From positions 18,166,001 to 18,230,000 of the forward strand of contig CM022665.1 in assembly GCA_012295275.1 (NCBI GenBank): a stretch of DNA of 64,000 nucleotides, in the 5' to 3' direction. Below, one piece after another: positions 14,143 to 26,480 of the stretch. Under the pieces are notes generated by a model, which was not told the origin of the DNA, made no database searches, and saw only the letters and a list, made by a program, of their open reading frames with translations. This DNA is from Chrysomallon squamiferum (taxonomy: Eukaryota; Animalia; Mollusca). Both the position numbers and the translations under genes were made by a program. Every line of letters starts with the position of its first letter. Position 1 is the stretch's first letter.

Positions 14143-17100
14143 TACTACTACTACTACTACTATTATTATTATTATTACTGTTATCATCATTATTATTCAG
14201 ATTCATTTTTATTAAATAATATCATTATTATGACAAACCAGGTTATTTCACCTTTTTTTCTCTCTGTATATCTGTAAAAATTTGATTGAACAGTTTTACA
14301 AGGGGTTCATGAAAATTATTCTAACAGCAATAAATTAAAAACGCATTTAAAAATTTCTATGCAAATGGAACAGATTTTCAAGTGTATCCAATGTACAGAT
14401 AAATGTATACATAATCTTTCTTTTCAGCTTTAGCCTGTACACCTAGGTAAAAAGAGAAAAAGAAAGGGTTATGGTGAATATTTGATATCCAGAGTTTTAT
14501 TTTTTTAATTTGGTGGCAACATTCATAAAAATATATTTCACATAATCTTTAAGATCATTAATATTTCTCATTTAAAGTATTTATGAATGGAAAATGTCTA
14601 TAATCTGGTATTTAACATAGAAATGTATAGACATATATAATTTTAAAAATGTTTACAGTTACTAAGTTATTTTTATGGTCATTGTAAAGGGAAGTGCACA
14701 AGAAATGGCACATCATGAGAGTCATTTCATGTCCCATCATCTAGAACTATTAACTGTCTTTACAAGCACAATGGACTTACAACATCTGGATACTAAACAG
14801 AAAATACAGGTAATAAAATTAAATACTAGATAAATATTATTTGATTTATTTATTTATTATTATTGTTGTTGTTCGATATTAAACATGGTCAAATAATTAT
14901 TGTTATTTTTATCATTATTTGTCATTATCATTATAATTTTCATTATTGTTGTTGGATATTAAACAGATTATAGACATAAAAATGTTTAGTTATTTATTGT
15001 TATTTTTAACATTATTGTTGTTGTTATTTTTAAATGTATTATTTATATTTTTGTTTTGAAAGGAATTGACAGCAGAGGGAGATGAATTAAAAAAACAGCT
15101 GGCTGATGCTCAAAAGGAAAATGAGAACCTAAAGAATTCTTTAAAACATTTGGAGAAAACATTGAAGGATGTGAGGGTGAGAATTTATAATGCTTGTCAT
15201 ATTTCATGGCTAATGGTTAAATAATGTATTTACTGTAACTAAAATTGCTTGTTGTTTTTTTTGTTTTGTTTTTTTAAATTACTTTTTCATTTCAGTTGAA
15301 GTAGATAAAGTAAAGATATCGAAAAAGAATGCAGATATTTGTATTTGATAACTATATACAGTTTTGGATACATACCAGGATTAATTGTGTATTATTTCCT
15401 TTCAGGTTAAGATGGTTGGCCACACTGAAAGGCTGATCCTTCTGGAGAGAAAGATGGAGGAGTTGCCACGTAAAGACACGTTTGAGGAACACTCCAGAGA
15501 CATGGTGACACTGAAGGAAAAATTGAACCAGTTACAAGGACAGACATTATCACTGGAAGGTGGTGCAACAGTTGCCAGATATGGAACTTTGAATGCAATG
15601 GCAGGTTGGCAAAAAGGAGATGCTTATCTTAACTCTATTCATCTTACCATTTGCTTTTTATTAAAGGATAGGATGTTTTCAGTACTTGTTAGCCAGCTTC
15701 ACTGATATGATGTATATATGTTACAGGAAATACGTATAATCAGGAAATGTGTATCATTCTGAAAATTTCAGAAAATGTTATTCACTCTTGAAACTGGGAA
15801 TCATCCTCGGACTGTAGTTGATGGAGAATTTCAGGAACAAGGCTAGATGATGACAGGCAAATGTGAACAAAATGGGCAACACTTAGTTCCATTGTGGAGA
15901 CTGGAGTTCTTCTGAAAGAGAAGAAATCTGAGTCCAAAAGTCTATTCAGTTGTACTCCCTCTAGGAAATAAGCATGTCCTTACTGTGAGTTTGCTCTTTC
16001 TGTGGACCCTTGACCCTGTGAATTTCAAGGTTTCCCAGAGATCATCACCAACTCAAGCCAGATTACTTTCAGTTCAATGATTACCCATATTTTCTGACAC
16101 TTTCAGGAATTATAGATATTTCCTGTAACATTTATATTGTAGCCCATTTTGCAGTGATTTCATTTTAAATGGAATATACTTCCACTAATGGAATGTATTT
16201 TATGAGACAATTTCCTAATCTAAACATTTAAATACTCAGAATATAACTATAATATTATTTTCAGTAAGAAGTAGAAAAAGTTACGAATTCATGCTTGTAT
16301 ATTCAAACTCTGTCTGTTTCATATGCATACATACACTTACACATTCTCTTTAAGTTTGATTGGTTTTGGATACTGCTTGTGTCACTACTTATTTTACCAT
16401 CACATTGCCAGTCAGATCATACTAACAGTCTGTTCTGATAATCATTAATTTCAAGTTTTAAAATGTATACATATATATTAAACAATTCTTTAAATAACAT
16501 GCTTCACACCATCACTGCTGCAAGGTATTAGGAGCCTGTTGCAAGAAAATAAAAGAGACAGCAGATTTGAAGTAAATTACTTTATTGTCTCATGGAAATT
16601 TTTTTTTTGTAAAAATAGTATGATTACAAGTAGTTTATAGAGATTAACACTGATTAATTTTTTGATTTTTCATGACAAGGAACGTAACTCCACTGATAAA
16701 ATGTGACATTTTATGATTCCAATGTGATCCAGGTTTGGGTTCAGTGTTCTGTTCTTGCAATTGTGTACATGTTACAAACAGAAATAAGAATTACAAAAAA
16801 GACAAAATGTGATTTAAGAAATTCACTTTTAACAGGAAACAAAAGAAAAAAGGTGGAAGGTAAAACGTGAGCTTCATATTTTATTGTCATTCAAATCAAT
16901 GCAAATTTGACTTGCAGTAGATGACAGTACTTTATTTACAATTTTAAATGATTCTGTTGCTAATTGTTATGAGAAATTATAACCTACCATGTCAGCATCA
17001 TTTAGAAAAAAATAATCAACATTTACTAATTTTATTGTTAATTGTATTTAGAACAATGGGATAAAAATAGACATAGTTTTTTTACATTTGTCTGCTATGC

Positions 17101-18114
17101 TTTTTTTCAGAGATGGAAATGCCTATAGACTCACTGAGTTGGAAATCTCCCACACATTTCATGCTGATCAGTGTTCAGTACTCTGATCTTTGACAATCTT
17201 TGATTGTTCAGGTTATTGTGAGTCAAATGGAGGATTCAACTTTGTTCTTGAGAAAATCCTTCAACAAATACTCATTTCCTTTGCAAACTAAATCAGGGCA
17301 ATTCATTCAATACTCCTACATTACATTTTCTCATATTTAAAGCATCCACTTTTCAGCCACAGCTGCAGTGTCATGCCACATAACAGAAGCAATTATTTGT
17401 GTGTTGCACCACAGTTTAACATCTTGTTTTGTTTTCACAGCAAATCCATGAATTAACACTGCAAATATTTGAGGTTATGAAAATATCCAAAATTGTAACA
17501 ACACAGGAAGAATTTGTACAGCCATATGCTACATTTTATACATGTTCAAAATAACTGATAATCAACACTTTGTTTTATTATTAGATGCTCTTACCACACA
17601 ACTTGCAGCACATGATCGACAGATCGGTATTCATGATGTGAGAATAGCAGAAATGGACCTGAGATTCCAGATTCTTGAAACGGCCAACTATGACGGTGTA
17701 CTGATATGGAAAATCAAAGATTACATGAAAAGAAAGCATGAAGCTATCACCGGCCGGACCCTTTCCCTCTACAGCCAGCCATTTTACACATCCCGATACG
17801 GCTACAAGCTCTGTGCTCGGGTTTATCTCAATGGTGATGGTATGGGTAAATCGACCCACATTTCGTTATTTTTTGTCCTCATGAGAGGTGAGTATGATGC
17901 ACTGTTGCTGTGGCCATTTCAACGCAAGGTGACCCTGTACCTGCTGGATCAAGGTCCAACCAAAAATGATGTGACAGACCACTTCCACCCAGATCCAAGC
18001 AGCAGCAGTTTCAAGCGGCCAACGTCTGAGATGAATATTGCATCTGGTTGTCCACTGTTTGCTTCTCATGCACTTTTGGAAAACCCAAGGAAAAATTACT
18101 TGAAAGATGCATAA
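8181..18114 (+). CDS. TRAF3: TNF receptor-associated factor 3-like gene, 10 coding exons (8181-8302, 8936-9044, 9191-9295, 11283-11450, 12989-13069, 13696-13770, 14690-14809, 15063-15176, 15406-15604, 17585-18114); 1623 nt, about 540 aa; C-terminus truncated as assembled
   Basis: All introns are GT-AG with compatible phases, giving one open frame. Domain order: RING (YKCCYCKQVLRNPVQTRCGHRLCEKC...CP), TRAF zinc fingers (HEAVC..VECPN..GC; HKENDCP..VMCPYNC; HLMTCP...CKF..IGC), coiled coil, then MATH. The MATH region HDVRIAEMDLRFQILETANYDGVLIWKI...LSLYSQPFYT..YGYKLCARVYLNGDGMGK.TH.SLFFV.MRGEYDALL.WPF...EMNIASGCP closely resembles vertebrate TRAF3 as I recall it. Confidence 0.92.
8936..9044 (+). 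CDS. TRAF3: TRAF3-like coding exon 2 (second half of RING)
   Basis: caag|g tgt gga cat; CGHRLCEKCRDEIFASGEPVACPAGEDDCETLEQNE; donor gtgagt. Confidence 0.9.
9191..9295 (+). CDS. TRAF3: TRAF3-like coding exon 3
   Basis: tttgcag|att; IYPDVSIRREIQNLPVRCRNYIFECTFTAPWKYIE, the typical TRAF post-RING D...RREI..L.V.C.N motif; donor gttggt. Confidence 0.9.
9654..11145 (+). mobile_element. Internally deleted TIR DNA transposon in TRAF3 intron 3, Kolobok-like
   Basis: Termini ggggacacgcttggcgaaa / tttttgccacacgtgtcccc, flanked by ttat and ttaa (Kolobok has a TTAA TSD and RR termini). Coding-like remnant at 10015-10545 (PGPSPPTSKTKL..., ...AEGEIT). Confidence 0.62.
11283..11450 (+). CDS. TRAF3: TRAF3-like coding exon 4 (zinc fingers)
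   Basis: atcag|aaa cat; KHEAVCQFKPVECPNKKFGC...HQLQCPFRQTNCERCGQTLCFKFVR; donor gtaatt. Confidence 0.88.
12425..12565. mobile_element. Short palindromic MITE-like hairpin in TRAF3 intron 4
   Basis: tatcagttttat / ataaaactgata arms with extended imperfect pairing. Confidence 0.5.
12989..13069 (+). CDS. TRAF3: TRAF3-like coding exon 5 (zinc finger)
   Basis: tttgcag|caa cat; QHKENDCPEVDVMCPYNCTAQMMKRKE; donor gtgaaa. Confidence 0.88.
13696..13770 (+). CDS. TRAF3: TRAF3-like coding exon 6 (zinc finger)
   Basis: ttttcag|tta; LSDHLMTCPKKPQECKFKQIGCDFT; donor gtgagt. Confidence 0.9.
13880..14298 (+). repeat. ~260 bp tandem duplication within (ATT/ACT)n low-complexity tract of TRAF3 intron 6
   Basis: ttatcatcattattattcagattc...gattgaacagtttta occurs at 13919-14037 and 14181-14298, but only once in the paralog (~37570-37690). 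Confidence 0.85.
14690..14809 (+). CDS. TRAF3: TRAF3-like coding exon 7
   Basis: gtaaag|gga; GSAQEMAHHESHFMSHHLELLTVFTSTMDLQHLDTKQKIQ (end of the last zinc finger, H-x-L motif); donor gtaata. Confidence 0.85.
15063..15176 (+). CDS. TRAF3: TRAF3-like coding exon 8 (coiled coil)
   Basis: ttgaaag|gaa; ELTAEGDELKKQLADAQKENENLKNSLKHLEKTLKDVR with heptad pattern; donor gtgaga. An alternative in-frame donor lies 6 nt upstream. Confidence 0.82.
15406..15604 (+). CDS. TRAF3: TRAF3-like coding exon 9 (coiled coil)
   Basis: tttcag|gtt; VKMVGHTERLILLERKMEELP...LNAMA; donor gcag|gttggc, phase 1, which matches the last exon. Confidence 0.85.
15718..16131. mobile_element. ~414 bp MITE-like element in TRAF3 intron 9 (paralog copy 39040-39453)
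   Basis: TIR atgttacaggaaatatgtataat / attatacatatttcctgtaacat is a perfect 23-mer in the 39040 copy. Confidence 0.65.
17585..18114 (+). CDS. TRAF3: TRAF3-like terminal exon (TRAF-N end plus MATH/TRAF-C domain)
   Basis: ttag|at gct; lies in ORF 17542-18114; full MATH motifs; ends NYLKDA*. Confidence 0.95.
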
Positions 18115-20657
18115 AATGTTAACATTATTTTTGACAACCGTAAAGTTCGAACAGCTTTTCTTTAATTTTCAAATTACATTGCACAACCTGCCACTTCACA
18201 AACTATATTTGATGAGTAATGTGCGTTCTTATCAATTTATATATTATTGCACATTTATTCATTCATTCATTAATTCTCGTTTTAGAGATAATCATGGAAT
18301 AAAACTGATGTTTTAGTATGCTTTGTAGTTAGTAAGAATAATTTATATTTTTTTTTATTATTATTATTTTTATAATTTTAAAGTTATATTTCTTGTTACA
18401 GTCATTTATTGGTTTCATTTTATATTTTCTGATTCATACAGTACTATTTTTATTTCAAATGCAGAGAAAGCTTTCGACTTTGCTTATCAAGAATATTAGT
18501 CATCATGTTGATAGCTAAAAAAACACCTCAATTTTTTGATTAACACATGCATTTGCATAGTATACTGGAAAACAAAAATAATAATAACAATAATGATAAG
18601 AAAAAGTTTAAGAAATACAATAAAGTAAAATTTATTACGTAAATTTTTTTTTTTAATAAATGTCTTACTCTTTCAAGTATGAAATATAAAGTATAAATGT
18701 ATGGTTCTAAAACAAAAACAAAAACAGCAATGTTCAGTACACTTCAGTGTTGCAGCTCACGAGATTAGTCATTACATTGAGATACATGTATGACTTAATT
18801 GTGTCATAATTTCATCTGAAGTTTTTATCACATGGAGTTAAGATTATTTATCTGACATTTGTTTTTCATTCTGTTATATCTGATGACTAATTTTAACTTT
18901 CATCTGGAGCAGTCTTTTTATTTAGTGTCATTGCAAGTGAAAAGCTAAATTAACCAGTGCTATACAAACAAATAAGTAAATAAATCATTAAATAAAAATG
19001 AAGAAACAGTACTGAAAACAAGACTGAATGGAAATGTTTTGCAGGATGGTGGGTGGGGTAAGAGATTTTACCATAGAGTAAGTATGAATGATGGAGTCAT
19101 TGCTGATTCAAAGTAAGAGTCACACGTCTGAAATTCTGAAAGTCAAAAAAAGTCATGAAAAAAAAATACCATGCATTTTCTTTTTTATATATATAATTTT
19201 TTAACATCTGATCCCTAACGTTCAGTGTAGTAATTTGCAGATCGCTATTTTTGTGCATTCATTGTGTTAAGTATAACTGAATTCCACTGATATCCTGCTG
19301 CTGTTTTGCTAGAACAACTGGTTGTGAACTGTGGTAAAATCCCATTTTTAATTTTATTTATCATGTTACGATTAATAATGTAACAAGTGTTACACCCGTC
19401 TTTTTACTGTTGCATAGTATTTATATTTGTTTTGACAAAATATTTAATGAAATGTCAACCATTCTGGCATGTTTTCATTAAATGAAGAACATTTAGTCAT
19501 TAAGAATTCTCATCAAATGACTATATCACAGTTTCTGAAACTAACAACATAATTATTAGTTGGTATTTAGCATGTTTATATAAAGAGGTTTTTTTTTTAT
19601 TTATAATAATTTTGTTCATAAATTTTAAATGTGAACTACTCCTAACATACATTCTTTGTAAATAAGGGACAGAGTTCCATGATAATTGTGTCTTGTCAAA
19701 TAATTATATTGCAATATCTGAAGCTGATAATTACTTTTTAATTTTTAATTTTTTATTTTATAATTCTTCATTTTTAATGCGTTGTAACATTGAAAATTAA
19801 TTTTATTTAATTCTAAAATCCATTGTTGTATAAATATAAATTAATATTTAAAAAATAAAAATGGTGTAAAAATATCGACAGTTAAAAAGTTAAATTTCAA
19901 TTCATATTTACCATAGTTTTATTTGTACATTTTCTGATTCCTTTTTTCCTAATACACATTTATACTTTTTGAAATATATTTTCGCCTAATCAAATTTTAT
20001 TTCATTGTTTGTGTGACTATATATTTTTTTAGTAGTATAATATATATATTTATATATATGTATTTGTCAATATAATATAATTTTTGTTTAACAATATTAT
20101 TTCTGTACATAGACACAGGTATTTATTACCATTAATAAATATTTCGATTTGCAGTGATCATGGTTTGGGTAGAGTTAATAATAATTAGATTCTGTTTTGC
20201 TTGTGGATATGGAATAAGAGACATTTGTACCAGATGATTTATACTGCGTTTATCACTAGTAGTAAAGTAGTCGCGTTAATTGTAATCTCTGTAGATCACG
20301 TGTCATGTTCGGGCGTTCGAAGACGTCCTTGACACAGAGCTGCTTCCGCTTTCTCGTTTTGTTTGGTTTCCATTGCGAGACGATCCATAGACATGTATAT
20401 AAAAACGTCACATTAATTTAAATAAACTACTATCATAAGAATTCTGTTACGTTACCTCGTCATGCCAAACATTTGATTCGCTGCATCACGATTTGTCACC
20501 TTTGAGATGTATACAATTACAATGTGCATAGTTTGCCATCCCTTCGTCGCTAACATACGTTTTTGCTTCCTTCCCCCCACCAGCTATACCCATATCTCCC
20601 TTTCTTCTCCTCTTACGAAAGTGCTGATATTATATTACATAACGTTTTGGGGCATTA

Positions 20658-21555
20658 CAATAAACCTCGCCGAAGTTGTCACTTTCGGGACCAAGATTTT
20701 TCTGACTATTTAGAGATATGACGAGTAATAACTCATATTAATGAGTACTTTTAAATGCAAGTCGGTAAAATGACGACTTATCTTAGCGTGTTCTCTGAAG
20801 CTACCAAAATAATCCGCTTTGATTGGCGTTATATATGTGCTGTGGTTTATATCTCTGGAGAATATCTTTGAGTTGTTCTGTTTTCCATTCTTCAAACTAC
20901 TGATGTATTAACACCGCCAGATTCATCCGCTTTAAGCACTTTTCCGATTCCCCACCTTTCCTTAAAACGATCAGTCCAACTGTCATTCAGTTTCTCACCA
21001 TCCTCGTGAACAAGTTTCTCGGCAAAGCCTCGTGCTTTTTGAAGTAGCATTTCACCATTGATACGAACTTCAGGTCTAGCAGCCATTTGTCGAAACCATT
21101 TAATTAGCGCGGAGTCGACATCTTCAAACGTCACGTGCTTGATACGTGTCACACCGCCTTTTCTTGAATCGGGATGCTCACCCTTCTCGATGGCCTCGAT
21201 CACCTTAGATTTGATTTTTAAAATGTTATTTATTATTGTGCGGGGGATCTTAAATCTCTCCGCCGTCAAACTCTTTTTCTCGCCAGGTTTGGCTTCACAA
21301 TACTTATTTCATACTTCTTATAAGAATTGGTTATTAGCCGTCTTTTTCCGCTAGTCGCCATTTTGTATACTGAAAAAGTCATTATCTTGAGCTCCGCTTT
21401 CCAAAATAATGTTAATTCAACCGACCCATATACGAGGCAAGTCACGTGCATATCAATATCCCAACCATTTATTTCAATTGCAGCATCCTAGATCAAACTG
21501 TCGTGCCGTACGCGTGCAGTTTGGATGCTGCAGACGACTTGGGCGAGGTTTACTG
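20658..21555 (-). mobile_element. Tigger/pogo-family DNA transposon, internally deleted, with HTH_psq and CENP-B HTH transposase remnant (~21361-20790)
   Basis: TIRs caataaacctcgccgaagttgtc / cagtaaacctcgcccaagtcgtc flanked by TA. Translation MATSGKRRLI...FEDVDSALIKWFRQM...INGEMLLQKA..FA...WTDRFKERWGI...YKPQHIYNANQSGLFW, with stops and frameshifts. Confidence 0.85.
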
Positions 21556-21655
21556 TATTAACAAATGTATTATAGACAGAAACAATCGGACCCTCATTGG
21601 ACAAAAGGTTCGGCTACTCCAAACAAGACTTGAAAAAAAAAAAAAATACAATAAC

Positions 21656-21703
<48 letters not shown>

Positions 21704-22869
21704 TCATACTGCTCATAAATTGTGGCATAACAGCTTCAAATTATTTCATTAGGACTAAAAGATTTTATCATAATTTAACAGCAAGTGAATTTTTTTTTAT
21801 ATACGACAGGCAAAATATGTCTGACATTCTAGAAAATAAAATAACTGAATAATCCTATCACCAGCGTTATACCCTTGTAATACAGAACTTTATTTGTTGG
21901 ATGTGTATTTTACATTTGTATTATATTTGAAATAATAGCGTAGTGGTTTTAATATTCTTTGTGCTTTTTGTTTGTTTGTTTTTAATATTTTGTTCTCTTA
22001 GCCTTGTCACACATGTATTTTATATTCCTAATAAAAGTTGTTGTTTGTTATTTCACTTGTGTTTGTTATGGTTATTCATACTCGATGTATATAATTAGTT
22101 CCAGTTTTTACTTGTTTCTAATAACTTCTTTTCCAAAGCACAAACTCCTGAAATATTCACATAATAAAATTATATGAAATGATGCACGTTTATGTGTATG
22201 TGGGTAGATACAGACAGACTGACATTTATATCATGAGCAGCAGCAGCAAAAACCGATGTCGGCTATAATGATTATTTTTTTAGATATGCAGATTTGAGTC
22301 ATTTCAGAATTGATCATCCTCGTTTCTGATAACATGAGCATTAACGTTGAATGTGAAAACTGACAAAACAATAAAACAAATATGTGGAAAGTTTTCTCAG
22401 TGATATTTGGATGTACTGTTTTCTGTGTTTCTTTAACTTAGCAGATTGGTCATAACTTATTTATTATACCATAGATTACAATTTGGGTTATACCAACTTG
22501 TAGAATTCGCTGGTAGCTATTTTTTACTTATTATAAAATTTTATACTGTTGTAGTATTAATGTACAGTTTTCGAAAATGTCGGTAACGTTTACAATTTAC
22601 CTAAATAGCTTACTTTAATACAGTTTAACATTTCGTAATTAACCTGTATGCATCATTAAAGTAAGTAAATATGTTAACCATTCATTTCTCTAAATATTCC
22701 TATCAGTATGTCTTAATTAAATTTCTACTGTTAGTTAACAGTAATCCGATTTCTGAAATCACCTAACAATTAACAATCATTAGCGAGAGACAAAAATAAT
22801 TTTTGTCAGCTCCGCTCTGCTGACTTCATGGATGTCCGCGACGTGTTTATTTAAGTAAAGACAAAAGAG

Positions 22870-23470
22870 CCCAAGGAATCACAGAGATCAATGACCTTCG
22901 GACTAAACGACAGTAGACATAGACTCGAAAACACTGTGAGTAACAAGTGCCATCAACTAGACAACGTCAGACACTATCTTTTCAACTGCACGAAGTACGA
23001 CAAGGACAGACACAAACTAAACACAGCTCTAACAAAAATCAAAATCAAATTTATTCCGGTTAACATTTTCAACCTTCCCAAACACTTAAAAAATCAAGTG
23101 GACAACCTAATAGTGCGATACGTGGAAGCAACAAAAATTAAAATATAAAAACAGAGACAGTTTACTAAAACTTGCTGAGGATGATGCGTCGGGGGATGCC
23201 TGCGTTGGGGGCAGTGGTTGGGTGTGAGATAGGAGACGACACCTGACAGTGCCGACTCCCCTCCTCCATCGTCGTAACCCCCTACACCGACATCCTTTCT
23301 GCTCGTCACTCTTACCAGATGTAACACCGCTGCTCCATAAAGTAAACATATCACTAAAACCTCTCTAACCCCGGAACCAACTGGTAACCTCCCTTTCGAT
23401 AGATTTGTGGCCAAACAACACCAGATACGTGCCTGTACAACAGCGCGACGCTAACAACAACAAAAACGTG
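22870..23470 (+). mobile_element. 3' end of an I/Nimb-like LINE (ORF2 C-terminal zinc knuckle plus 3' UTR)
   Basis: ORF 22891-23148 GLNDSRHR...KC..LDNVRHYLFNCTKY..R...RYVEATK; GC-rich 3' UTR ending in (CAA)n-A. Confidence 0.6.
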
Positions 23471-23744
23471 CCCAACACGATGACACTACGAGCATTGTTT
23501 TTGTCTTTGCGTTAGATAACAGTAAAAACTAAAAAAAAAATATATATATACAAATAAGTAAAAAAATAAATAAATATAAGTAAATGAAAAACAGTAACCA
23601 ATGCCCACTAAGAAATAAACAGTATAATAAACTTAACTGAAATAACGATCATCGCTTCTATAAATATATATATATATGTATGTGTGTGTGTGAATGTATG
23701 TATGTATGTATGTATGTATGTGTGGGTATGTATATGTATGTGTA

Positions 23745-23783
<39 letters not shown>

Positions 23784-23844
23784 ATGTCTATTTCACCCTT
23801 TTTGGATCTTATTAACTAAAAACTATGTAAGGTTTATTCCAAAT

Positions 23845-24022
23845 TGCCCACTTCAAATGCACCACCCCATTCCCCGTCCCCTTCCCCTTCCCCTCTCCTG
23901 TCACGGAACCCATCCCTGGCGATCCCAGAGATTGGATCCGTGATAGGCGTGCCTGAACTGAACCTTGAATTGGACGTGGGCACGTAAAAAGAATTACCAT
24001 ACCATACCATACCATACCATAC
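23845..24022 (+). mobile_element. SINE/LINE 3' tail with hairpins and (ACCAT)n terminus
   Basis: Stems tcacgga..cca/tggatccgtga and cgtgcc/ggcacg, followed by five ACCAT repeats. Confidence 0.55.
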
Positions 24023-24381
24023 CACAGAGACCACAAAGAACAAAGAGAAGACACGGGTGGAGATGGCGGCCATTGTTAGGAAATTATGTTGGTAAATATA
24101 TTTTGAGTTATCTTTGTTTAAGTCGGAAGCAGGGACAAATCGTTATCCTGTTTCTGTATGCTCTGATTGATTTGTTGATCAATTTGATGTAAACTGCATA
24201 TGCTCCGTAGAGAGTTTGAGTTTATATTTATTTCTAACAAAATCTGTTAGGGAAAATTAAAAGAATTAAGAATTACAGTATTTCATTTAACGTCCTCAAC
24301 CACTATCTAATATGAATATTTTGTTTTGTTTTGGTGTTCATAGTGGATACTTGATATTATATATAGTTTATATCTGCAGTA

Positions 24382-25274
24382 CAGTATACCCTCACCTATT
24401 CGCGGTTCCCCATTCGCGGCCCCGAATATTCGCGGGTTAGGCTCTTAACCCTATCGCATCGTATGCTGGTATACCAGGCTAGCGTCATAACGTCATAAAA
24501 ACAAATGCTCAGTAAACCGGGTTTTTGTAGGTCATAGAGACTTAAGTGCCTGAAGAGTAGGAATAATTACCTAAAGTGCTGTAAAGCAGCAGCTAAGCTG
24601 TGCCATACTGTACATTAGTGTTATCATCAACATCGTATGGCACTGCAAATTTCATCATCATTTTATTATCATTCATTATTGGTGACAGCACAAACAATAT
24701 CAAATTTTTTCAATTATTATTGCAATACAGTACGTATTTTTTTTATAAATGCATACACTGTATGTACAGTGCATATTTTTTGTGACCGTGTATTAATAAT
24801 GTTTTTAATTGCATATTATTACTGAATTGTATTATTATTACCTGAACTGTGCGTACTGTATTTATCTGTCTGTTTGCCTTTAAATTTGTTCCACTTTCTG
24901 TCAATTCTAATACATATGTTGTACGCATAGAAAATGACTTTACGGTACAGTAATACTGTATGGGTAACTATACTATGCGGTGTTACTGTCCTCCTGTACT
25001 TACGTTTCTTTCTGATTAAAATATTGTTTCAGTACAAAATTAAAATGTGTTTACATTATCATTACTACATTAGTGAAATACATAACTGCATGCAATATTA
25101 CTACATTATTACTGTATTAATGAGTAAGAGTGTCTTTAGAAAGTGTTTGGGAAGCATTTAGTACCGTATATAATCTCATAATAGACGTTTTAAAACTGCA
25201 TCCAATATTCGCGGTTTTTCGCTATTCGCGGGGGGGTAAAGAACGTAACCCCCGCGAATAGCGAGGGAATACTG
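24382..25274. mobile_element. Non-autonomous Tigger/pogo-like MITE, 893 bp, TA target duplication
   Basis: TIRs cagtataccctcacctattcgcgg / cagtattccctcgctattcgcggg with subterminal attcgcgg repeats. An empty site with a single TA is present in the paralog at 29560-29561. Confidence 0.93.
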
Positions 25275-26344
25275 TATATGCAAATACATGTATCTATTAT
25301 AATCAACCGTCACAGTTTCTTAATTACACAGTCAGAGGGTCCACCAAAGGCGCAAACCCTAGACAAGAAACGAACCATATTTTAACAGGGTCATTAGTAC
25401 TTGAAAGTTAACATGTCTTATGTGCTGAGCCCCGTGACACCGTGCTACAAGAAGAAACCCAAGTCCCTGGGATAATTCACAGACTTGGAAATCTTCACAC
25501 ATTTCAGACGACCTGGATTGTGACGTAATGGTCAGCTGATTAACATGAAGGTTAAAATTTAACAGAATAAGAAAACGTAATATTAAACACATTTCGTACA
25601 CACATTTACACAGTATACACACACTTACCCTGCAATCATTATAAATAGCAAGACAAGATGACTTCATAAAATATAACTTGTTGGGACTATATTTATTTTG
25701 ATAAATTAATTGTTTATATAGATATATAAACTCACGCACACACACACATATAGGGTTTGAGCGATATTGTGACGTGAGCAAAATAATCGTACTCTTGTAC
25801 TAAATTTCACCTTACTTTTAACATGCGGCTAAGTTCTTAGTCGTCTTCTTTTGTTTTAGAAATACATGTAACTTGGAAATGGAAAGTATCCGTTCATTTT
25901 GCCTCCATGTTGTCCACTGATCTCCGAGAAACGAGGAAGTTCATTGTAAACAAACATACGAATAAAACTTCTGTTAAATGGTTTTGTTATCGTTATCACT
26001 AGTACAATTATATACATCGTTTATTATAGGAACATTATTATTTTTATCATGATCATCGTCTTTATAGTTGCTACTAGTAAAGTATATAACGTTTATTACA
26101 TATGATAAACCATTTCGGTACGTTAATAATAATAATAATAATAATAATGTTATTAATTAATTAATTAATTAATTTATGTCTATCAAATTCAAACATTCAC
26201 AAAATAAAAAATTAAGCAAAATAAAAATAATGAATTATAATCTCGTCAGTCTCAGTGTTGTCTGAATTATTATATTTTACGTTTCGTTGTTGAACTTCGA
26301 TGACTACTTTTATTAATTAAAAAAACAAAACAAAAACAAACCTA

Positions 26345-26445
26345 AAAAACATCATCTATGGGATTGCATCATACTGAAACTGAACAAGAAAACGTTTCAT
26401 TCTATATATATTGCTTGTATCAGACTACTTTTATTAATTTGAGTG

Positions 26446-26480
<35 letters not shown>

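Noticed and set aside
12983-14277. Long Ile/Tyr/Leu/Asn-rich ORFs that look like membrane proteins (also 36628-37674)
   Set aside because: They are translations of (ATT/ACT/ATC)n microsatellites read through splice donors; only the short 5' parts are real TRAF3 exons.
17581-18069. Antisense ORFs over the MATH exon and over the Tigger ORFs
   Set aside because: Shadow frames of coding sequence with no independent motifs.
25359-25781. 140-aa ORF duplicated at 29693-30046
   Set aside because: No recognisable domain, non-ATG start, frames diverge between copies; recurrence is due to the duplication.
25800-25950. Possible minus-strand promoter/first exon (cttcctcgtttctcgg...caacATGgag)
   Set aside because: ATGs hit stops within a few codons and there is no supporting downstream exon; insufficient evidence.
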